A stretch of DNA of 12,636 nucleotides from assembly GCA_001179505.1 (NCBI GenBank), contig CDMY01000892.1, positions 1 to 12,636 of the forward strand, given 5' to 3'. Made by a program: the position numbers and the translations under genes. This document shows, in pieces, positions 1 through 8,224 of this stretch; the stretch's first letter is position 1; each line of letters begins with the position of its first letter. Origin of the DNA: Vitrella brassicaformis CCMP3155 (taxonomy: Eukaryota; Protista; Chromerida). The notes beneath the pieces are model-generated. The model searched no databases and was not told where the DNA came from. It saw only the letters and a program-made list of their open reading frames with translations.

Positions 1-89
1 CAGACAGGATGGACTGACGCATACTACATGTCCTACGTGGACTCTCCACAAAATCCACAGACCTTACGTTGCATTGACTTAATCCTTTA

Positions 90-125
90 TCCGGGACTGA
101 CCGCCCGGCAGATCCTCTCTTCACC
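90..125. promoter_or_regulatory. Conserved 36-bp hairpin element, copy 1 (function unknown)
   Basis: TCCGGGACTGACCGCCCGGCAGATCCTCTCTTCACC is 31/36 identical to 7124-7159. Stem CCGGG(91-95)/CCCGG(104-108). It ends about 95 nt upstream of the methyltransferase ATG. Confidence 0.5.
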
Positions 126-219
126 ATTCTCCCCGACTCTCTCCCCCCTATTCTTACAAGATCTGTAGCATCAGCCGTCTTGCAAGGCAGCTACGGGCTT
201 GACCCGTCAACCTTCGTCA

Positions 220-354
220 ATGATCTGCTTCCTCCTTCTCGTCTGGTGCATCCTCTGCTGCAGCAGCGCCTTCATCGGCAGGCCGCGGCCCAGCCACTCA
301 TCATGGCGCGAGAGGCAGCAGCGACCGCGGCACCGGCGGCTGCCGCCACGCATG
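220..354 (+). other. Bipartite plastid-targeting leader (signal peptide + Phe-initial transit peptide)
   Basis: Hydrophobic MICFLLLVWCILCCSSA, then F at +1 (SSA|F, ASAF-like), then an Arg/Ser/Pro-rich, nearly acid-free stretch FIGRPRPSHSSWRERQQRPRHRRLPPR before the conserved domain. Confidence 0.8.
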
Positions 355-1512
355 AATCTGGCGATAGATCCGGGAGTGCTCAAGGCGACTGCTCTGCTGG
401 AAGGGATCTTCAAGGTGAAGCCCATCATGGGCTTCGCGGCCGCCAATGCGAGGAAGATGATGGTCAAGCGAGGTAGGTACGCGAGGGCGCTTGGTGGCAT
501 ATATTTGCACGGCGGATTGGTGGTGCGGTCTGCAGGGGAGTCGATTGGCTACTCGTGGAGTGATGAAGTGGACGCGCTCAAGCGGGCAAAGGAGCAGCTG
601 GACGCCGAGTACGAGCGGCTGCTGGACGCCGATCTGCACAGCAACTACCCATCCTACTACTGCGTGCCGTTCCACGCCTACGATGAGGGGAACCTCTCCT
701 GGCAGGTGAGCTGCGGTGCGCTCAGTTCACTCACAACGAAAGAAGGAAACAAATCAACCAACACGAGTATCGGTCGATCACATTGATTGATATATCAGGC
801 CGCCATGGAGGCGGAGCCAGCGGCTGTGACGGTCCACTCGCCCCTCTATGGTGACAACCCCAGTGACCTCAGACCTGACGGGGACAGGATGCTGCGGCAC
901 CGATTCCACCAGGAGATGGTCGTCATGCTCAAGGAGAGGGGCGGAATGACGCCGGAGAGGATTGTGGACATTGGGTGCTCCACGGGGCTGTCGACGATGA
1001 AGCTGCACGAGACCTTTCCCACGGCAAAGATCACTGGGGTGGATTTGTCACCTTACATGTGTGCCGTCGGCGCGTACAAGCTACAGCAACGGGGGTCCCC
1101 TGACGCACTGGCTCATATCGAGTACCGCCATGCCGCCGGGGAGGCCACTGGTGGGCACGGCACAGACAGACAGACAGACAGACACACAGAGAATATGACA
1201 CATGGCAGCAGCATTGGTGGATTGATGTGTCCTTTCTCTGTGTGTGTTGGTTCGGTTCGTCATTCTTTCTCAGGTCTTGCGGATGGCAGTGTGGACCTGG
1301 TGACGATCTGTCTGGTGCATCACGAGCTGCCCACACACGCGGCAAAGGACATCTTCCGCGAGGCGTACAGGCTGCTCAAGCCGGGAGGCTCCCTCGCCGT
1401 CATGGATGTTAACCCAGTGTCGCCGACATTTGTCAAGCTCGCCACCAACCCCCTGTTCTTCGCTGCATTCAGGTAGGCACCTCACCTGGCACGATGTCCG
1501 TCCAGCGCACTA

Positions 1513-1550
<38 letters not shown>

Positions 1551-1689
1551 TGTGTGCAGGTCGACCGAGCCGTATATCACTGAGTACATCCAGATGGATA
1601 TCGCCCATGAGATGCAGGAGGCAGGATTCTGTGACGTCGAGAGCCGCGAGAACTCGCCCAGGCACCGGACCGTTGTGGCCACCAAGTGA
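220..1689 (+). CDS. Plastid-targeted class I SAM-dependent methyltransferase (Methyltransf_11/25-like, cyanobacterial/plant type), 367 aa, 5 exons
   Basis: Exons 220-472, 536-705, 799-1150, 1274-1472 and 1560-1689 are joined by GT-AG introns and total 1104 nt in frame, ending TGA. The protein has SAM motif I (IVDIGCSTG), post-I (ITGVDLSP), motif II (DGSVDLVTICLVHHELP) and motif III (RLLKPGGSL). It also has the YPSYY..PFHAYDEGNLSWQAAME, STEPY and NSPRHRTV motifs that I recall from an uncharacterised cyanobacterial/algal methyltransferase family. Confidence 0.92.
1513..1549. repeat. Compound (CT)n(GT)n intronic microsatellite
   Basis: Lies in intron 4 of the methyltransferase. Similar tracts occur in other introns: (CAGA)n near 1162-1185, (GA)n near 2267-2286 and 2963-2988, (CA)n-like near 6560-6600. 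Confidence 0.9.
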
Positions 1690-1967
1690 CGAGAGGGCTT
1701 GTGAGTGTGAGTGTGGGTGTCGATAGAGATTTGTGAGTGGCTTGACGAGTGAGTGAAGTACACATGGTGTAGTCAATCAGATGGACAAGAGACTTAGTTG
1801 CGACTGACACAGATCAGATGTAGAGCCATCCATTTCTGTGTCAGACTAATCAATCACCTAACACCATCAAGTCTGTCTGCACAAGTGAAACCGCTCCCTC
1901 ATCGATCTCTCAAACCCAAAAAAAGCGTCAACTAACACCCCATATCGCATCCAACGATCCACCACCG

Positions 1968-4900
1968 TCACGCAAGCTGCTCGCCATGAGGCTTCTCGAT
2001 GGCCCGTATGAGTGCCCAGAGCTCACTCCTCAGCTCCTGCGATATGGCGGGGGCGGCCGGGACGTCAGGCGTGCCCGCCAAATGACGCAGAGAGGGCAGC
2101 ACTGCCGCGGCCATCAGAGGCTGTCAGACCAAAGACATGCATACAGGACACGGATGCATGGCAAGGCCTTTGTTGGGGTGGCCACTACTCACCCACCTTT
2201 GGTAGAGGGCATCGGGCAATGTTCATGAGACACTCTGCCACCCTGCTACACACCTGACACACGCACAGAGAGAGAGAGAGAGAGAGGGAGAAAGACACAA
2301 TGCTCCCCACCCCACACAATCTGACCTTCCCCTCCCCTCTCTCCACTCACCCCTCGGTGTGTCGAGTATTCGGGCAGCGTCGCCAGCCGACACACATGCG
2401 GTACAATGAACGTCGTCAGCACATTCTCCTCCTCCCCCTCCTCGCCGCCCAAACCGAAGCCAGACGTATGCGCCACGGCAGCCGTCACCCCATAGAACAC
2501 ATCCAGACAGGCGCGCACCACGTCGCTGCCGCCGCCGTCCAGCAGCCCCGTTATGTGTGCCGTCACCTCGGACAGAATCTTCTCCTGCGGCTGCTGATGT
2601 CCACACGGTGGGGGGGTCTCAGTGTGTGTGAGGGGGAAGGCGTTGAGCAGGGGACCGCGGAGCGCCTGGATGGACCGGACGGTCACTGAAGGGTCAGCAT
2701 CTCGGCTGAGCGTGAAGAGGGCGGGCAGCACACGACGCGCAACCTGCTCGGTGTCGAGTGCGCCCAGGAGCACTTCGAATGAGTCGATGACGGCGAGGCG
2801 GGTCTTGGTGTCCTGGTGGTTGACCAGCTGCCACAGGATGCTCAGCACTGTCAAGGGCTGGTGCTGGCCGAGGGTGCGAATGGTGTGGTCGAAGAGGAGC
2901 CGATGGCTCGACAGCCGCCAGCCGCACCACTCGTGGCCATACGACGTCTGCACACACACAGAGGGAGGGAGGGAGAGAGAGAGAGAGAGCACATGACATA
3001 CATGTGAGATGAGAGCCCTGCCCTCCACACATTATATGCTGGCTTCTGCATACCAGTGTTTCCATGAGAAAGCGCCCCGCCTGTGCTGGGGGCTGGTGCA
3101 CGACGAAGGCAGTGACGTACACAGGCAAAAGACGTCGATGCGACGTGCTCATGGACACGTTCGATGCCGTCTCGACGCCTTGCCGTGGCACCACCAGGGG
3201 AGCGTTGATCTCACTGCTGTCGCTCTCCTGCTCCTGCGGGCGGCTGACGGGCAGATGCCGGAAGAACACTGCATCGAAGACACGCTGGCGGACAGCGGGG
3301 CCAAACACCACAGCGACGGACCTGTCGAATGAAGATAGACCATGCCCATGGTGCGTACGAGCAATGCCCATCGATCAGCGCACCTGAGGAGTGTGCAGAA
3401 GGCGCCAACACAGGTCACGCCAGTGTCAAGTGAAGGCTGTGCTGCGGGCTGGTCAGCTTGGTCGATGACGGAGTATCCCATGGGAGTGTGGCAAGGTGTG
3501 TTGTAGGTGGGGTGACTCCATTCCAGGATGACCCCCACGCCCTCTACCAGCCCCAACGCCAACTCGTTGACGAACCAGGCAACCAACACACTCTCGTCAG
3601 CCACCCTCTTCTCCTCCTTCTCCTTCTCCCTCTCGACGGCTGCCTGCTGCTGTTCCTGTTGCTGTTGCTGTCGTTCGCTGTGCTTCTCTGCCATTGCTGG
3701 CGTCGTCTCTTGTGGCTTTGTGGGTAGTGGTGGGGGCGGGGGNNNNNNNNNNNNNNNNNNNNNNNNNNNNNNNNNNNNNNNNNNNNNNNNNNNNNNNNNN
3801 NNNNNNNNNNNNNNNNNNNNNNNNNNNNNNNNNNNNNNNNNNNNNNNNNNNNNNNNNNNNNNNNNNNNNNNNNNNNNNNNNNNNNNNNNNNNNNNNNNNN
3901 NNNNNNNNNNNNNNNNNNNNNNNNNNNNNNNNNNNNNNNNNNNNNNNNNNNNNNNNNNNNNNNNNNNNNNNNNNNNNNNNNNNNNNNNNNNNNNNNNNNN
4001 NNNNNNNNNNNNNNNNNNNNNNNNNNNNNNNNNNNNNNNNNNGTCTCCAGATGCGCACCCAAAGCGCCGACCCACGAGCCGAGGGTCTTTACCAGCTGGC
4101 CTCCAGCGACCTTCAACGTCTTGGCATCCTCACTCAAGGCAGCTGTCACGCATTTTGGGGTGTGGAGGGGGCCAGGTGGTGGTGGCGGCTTGGCTGTCGT
4201 GGTGTCTGTGGTGGTTGAGCGGGCGGTAAGGCTCTGTCTTGGCGACGGGCGGTCGACGAACCTCACTGTGGGCGATGAGTTGGTCTTGTGTTGTTGGCTG
4301 CTGCTGAGACTGCCGTGCTGTAGGGACACCGAACACGGTATCCGGCCGCTGGCATCGAGCCGCTCGAGGATGTGGGCTTGGAGAGTGGCGCAGAGGGCTG
4401 CCGGCCATGGTTCCATCCTCTCATGGTTATCAGCAGAAGGGGGCGGCCCGTCTTCAGCCTGCCTCTGTGTCAGCTCCCCCAGGTCGAAGATGCCTTCCCA
4501 CTCCACCCGTGACAGCCCTCGCCCCTCACCACTACCACTAGCACCACCGTCACCCAACCACTCCATCCGGTCAGCCTCCCGCTCGAAGGCCCACACATCA
4601 TCACCGCCGTCTCCTCCTTGCTCGCGCAGATGCAGTCGTGGGCTCTCATGCGGCTGGTGGGCTCTCGCCTCATCCGGCCGGACGATCCTTGGCAAGACGG
4701 GCCATGACGCCGACGTGTCGCTGGTCGTCTCGGTCTGGCGACGGGGGAGTGGGAGGCCGTTCAACTCCTCGGCGAGCGCACGGATGAAGAAAGGCATCGA
4801 GAAGAGAAGGAACTCCATGTAGATGGTCAGCTGGGCCACACACGAGAGGTGCTCCGAGGCCGTCACCCCACCCGCGGCTATCCTCCTCGCCGTCTCGCGC

Positions 4901-6733
4901 GCATATCCCATGACACGCGGCATCAGAGCGCTGGCAACGAAAGAAGCAGGGAGCTTCATTCTCTGCCACTTCCGCACTATGACGGCCCGCAATGCGGCGG
5001 CCGTCTCGCCCGTGGGCTCCCTCAGGTACTGCACCATCAGATCGAGCAGCACTTCTAGCATGGCCTCGCTGCCGTCGGGGTCGTCAAGCGGGTCAAACAC
5101 CACCAGCAGCCGCGCCAATGCCGTCAGAGCAGCCGCACGCACCTCCACCGCGGGATCGGCGGCGAGCACTTGCACTAGTGGGATGAGCACCCCACGCACA
5201 GAGCGGGCAGAGCAGAACCGCCCCAGCAGGCCGACGGCGTCAGCAACCAGCTGCCGACGGGAAGCGGAGGCGTGCCGTCTCTCGTCGGCGAGAACGGTTA
5301 GAGCCTCTGTCTCGCCTTCAGGGGCCGAGTGCCATGCCGACGCGATGTGGACGAGCGCTCGGAGGATGGCCAGCCGCTGGTCGGGTGTGGGGGTGGCTTG
5401 GGAGGGGGAGGGGACGACTGGAGAGGGGAGCAGCCGAATGAGATGGCGAAGGAAGGTCAGCCGAGCTGACGGGGAGGAGTGGAGCCTATAGCCGGCAACC
5501 AGCAGTGGCACAAGCGCAGCACGCCTGAGGGAACAAACAAATGACATACATAGAAACGGACTTACAGGACAGAGAGTGACATTGGCTGTGTCTGACCTCG
5601 GGAGCTGACCTCGGTATGAGGACGAATGGGGCGATGTTGGGAAGGCACTGCGCCAGCAGCTCAATCAGCCGCTCCTCATCCCTCTCCGTCACCCTCAGGT
5701 CGCCCCGCATCAGCGGGGGAGCAGGCAGGTCCAGCACCACCTCTCCCTCCACCCCATCCCGCAGCGTCGACTCGCCGCTCGTCTTGGACGACTCGGCGTT
5801 CTCGCCTTCCAGCGATGTGCGCAGCGGCTCCCCCCTGCTCTCCCTCACCTCGACCAGCTGACCCTTCAGCCGCTCATTCTCGCGCCGCAGCTCCTCCTGC
5901 ACACGCAGCGCGTGACACAGGTCGGCGACTGGGTGGGCCTTGGTATCGACAGGGCGGACGAGTCGCTCCAGGTGAAGGTGGGCGGAGGGGTGTCTTATTA
6001 CTGGCTGTGCCGTGCCGGTTTCGTCGCTGAAGGTGACGGCCGAGTGCTTGTAGCCAGAGCGGTGCAGGTAGTCCCACACGAGGCCGTTGAGGCTGTCGCG
6101 GTCCGCGTCAGAGAAATGCTGCGTCACAGCCTCGCCCGTCTGATCACTCCTTTCCTCCCCATCCACCTCGACAGCTTCAGCACCGGTCGGTTTGCCGTCC
6201 GTGTGAGTGAGGTCGGTCCTCTGCTGCTTGAGCATCATTTGGCTGAGTCGCATCTTGGTCACCTCCAGCTCCTCCTTGGCAATCCGCACCTCATACTCGA
6301 GCAGCGCCACTCGCTGCTCCGCTGAACGGTTGGTGCCCGCGCGAGACGATGACCGCCGGTCCGATGCTGAGGAAGCAGAAGGTGCATGCAGCGCCTTGCC
6401 GGCGGCAACGAACGCATCGCTGCCCCGCTGTAGGCATGGGTCTTCCTCCTTCGTGTCGTCGATGTTTGCTGGGAAGCACTGTGCGTCGAAGAATGAAGTG
6501 AGCTGCGCAGGGACGGCCTGGCCTGTTTCAGTCAGCTCCTGCTTCAGCTGATGCCATCCACACAGACGCACACAGACACAGACACACACACACTCACACA
6601 GACTGCGGCTTCTTCCTACATTGCCTACATCCATGAGCATCCATCATACCTCGAGTGCCGTCAGTAGCAATCCCCGCTCCAGCAGGTACCCCGCCGCCGC
6701 CTCAAGGCCACTCGTCGGTGCAGCTGATGCCAT
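1968..6733 (-). CDS. RELCH: RELCH/KIAA1468-like protein (LisH, coiled-coil and HEAT repeats); spans an assembly gap
   Basis: Exons 6733-6650, 6547-5610, 5524-(gap)-3384, 3321-3054, 2947-2351, 2253-2197 and 2120-1968 have phase-consistent GT-AG junctions. N-terminal YLLERGLLLTALELKQEL resembles RELCH LLTALELHTEL. LisH is SLNGLVWDYLHRSGYKHSAVTFSDE. The LAQCLPNIAPFVL..RAALVPLL block and HEAT repeats (RRVLPALFTLSRDADPSV, FIVPHVCRLA) occur in the RELCH order. Family assignment is from recalled motifs. Confidence 0.85.
3743..4042. other. Assembly gap (300 N) inside the RELCH-like gene
   Basis: Run of exactly 300 N. The coding frames on the two sides do not match across 300 nt, so the size is a placeholder or the gap hides an intron. 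Confidence 0.97.
6020..6104 (-). other. LisH motif within the RELCH-like gene
   Basis: DRDSLNGLVWDYLHRSGYKHSAVTFSDE fits the LisH pattern (LN.LV..YL...GY..SA.TF..E). Confidence 0.8.
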
Positions 6734-7058
6734 GTTTGACGAGAAACGATCTCGGTCAGACCATCCCTCCTTTTGTCAAAGTATCAGCGAATGCATCCTC
6801 AGGTTATTCGCTTTCACAGAAGCATTGGCGACCAGCATGTCAGGATTGCCAGCTTGGCAAGACGAACCACTGCGAGCTTGTGAGCTAGGGTAGATTGCTG
6901 TGTAACGGAGAGAGAGAGGTGGAAGAGGAGAAGATAAGGAAAGAGAAGGAAAGCATTCTGAGGAGACACGATCTTATCAGCCATCACCGAAGTGAGATCT
7001 GTGTTGACCACTCTTCATGGTGCCATACATGGATAAAAACAACTTTGACTGACTGGCC

Positions 7059-7116
7059 AGTCCATCGGTCTTACTAAGGTAAAAGCAAGTCCATCGGTCT
7101 TACTAAGGTAAAAGCA
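7059..7116. repeat. Perfect 29-bp tandem duplication
   Basis: AGTCCATCGGTCTTACTAAGGTAAAAGCA at 7059-7087 and again at 7088-7116. Confidence 0.97.
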
Positions 7117-7123
7117 CTCTTAC

Positions 7124-7159
7124 TCTGGGACTTACCGCCCAGCAGATCCTCTATTCAGC
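7124..7159. promoter_or_regulatory. Conserved 36-bp hairpin element, copy 2 (function unknown)
   Basis: TCTGGGACTTACCGCCCAGCAGATCCTCTATTCAGC. Stem CTGGG(7125-7129)/CCCAG(7138-7142). It lies about 390 nt upstream of the RELCH ATG on the - strand. Confidence 0.5.
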
Positions 7160-7598
7160 TAACTACAGGAAAGGTCCTCACTGTCGGGGTCGAGTTGATG
7201 GTGTATCTGTGATGGTGAAGAGCGGAGATGGTGGGCATGATGGACGACGACCTGGTGATGTGGACGTGCTGACGACGAGGAGCTGTTCGACACATGTTAC
7301 TCTTTCCCCTTCCCTCTACCTTCTTGCTTTGCTGCATCGGGATGGGCACGACAAGGAGCAGCTCGACACGACAGCGAATGACCAGCACGTCATGACCGAA
7401 CAAGCAGAGCCGAGAAGAGAAGTGGAGAAGATGCAGAGACGAGAAGAGGAGTGAAGAAGCAGAAACGAGAAGAGGAGCGTGTCTGTCTTTACACGACGTG
7501 ATGGCTGACTATGTCTGTGCGTCACAGTGAATGAATGGGGATGGGAGAGGTTGTGCGTTGGTGTTCTTCCCTCTCCTCTCAGGAGCTTTTCCTCTCAG

Positions 7599-7989
7599 GG
7601 CGACCCTGAGACGGGGCGCACCATTGTGGATGTAGTGGCCCAAGTATGTTTGCGGTCTGCACGTAGTAATTGGACACATGACGCATGGTGCTCTCGGCTG
7701 TGTGGGTGCCCCACCCAACAGAGGGGGTGCACACTGGCATGTACGGGCGAGAGGAGGTCCTTCTCTGCTCCCCTCGTGGCCGGATACGCTGGACTGTTCA
7801 CTGACTGGTGCGCCGTAAGCGACAATGGAGTCATCATGACATGATGTGCAGGTATTTGGGCGTATACTGATAATGGCTCATTCCCTCCACCAGCCGCTCA
7901 CACATTTGTACGTACGTGGCTACTGGCTTGACGAAAAACAAGGCATGTGCTCGAAAAAGATAGAAGCTCAGGGAGCCATACATGAGCTC
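7599..7989 (+). pseudogene. Possible small spliced gene or gene remnant of unknown product
   Basis: Phase-0 chain of pyrimidine-rich CAG|7599-7643|GTATGT..CAG|7722-7814|GTAAGC..CAG|7852-TAG gives GDPETGRTIVDVVAQ-RGCTLACTGERRSFSAPLVAGYAGLFTDWCA-VFGRILIM... There is no recognisable domain, the start is undefined, and one intron is only 37 nt. Confidence 0.2.
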
Positions 7990-8224
7990 TAGCGTATTAT
8001 GCAGGACATATCACCCAAGGCCTTGTGGCTTGTGGCTTAGCTCTCTTTGTACTGCAGTGGACACCATGTCGTAAGCCACTGCACTGTCTCCTAGCTGCGA
8101 TGATTGAAACGGCTGTCCTGAGCGACGAGTCATGGGGCCCGACGAAAATGACAAATATAGTGGGTTCGCTCGCGGCGAGCCTTCATCGACGTCATCTGGG
8201 ACCAGGTGGCTGATGCCTTCGATG

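Noticed and set aside
180-786. ORF 180-476 and the TTG start at 199; intron read-through segments in ORFs 199-786 and 787-1476
   Set aside because: These are alternative frames or retained-intron translations. The ATG at 220 and the GT-AG model restore the family motifs.
4121-6551. + strand ORFs 4121-4822, 4823-5491, 5912-6325 and 6207-6551
   Set aside because: They are antisense shadows of the GC-rich RELCH coding exons and have no independent domain features.
7125-7165. Helitron 3' end or MITE terminus for the hairpin element
   Set aside because: There is no properly spaced CTRR after either hairpin, no matching 5' TC end, and no paired terminal inverted repeats or target-site duplication that I can identify.
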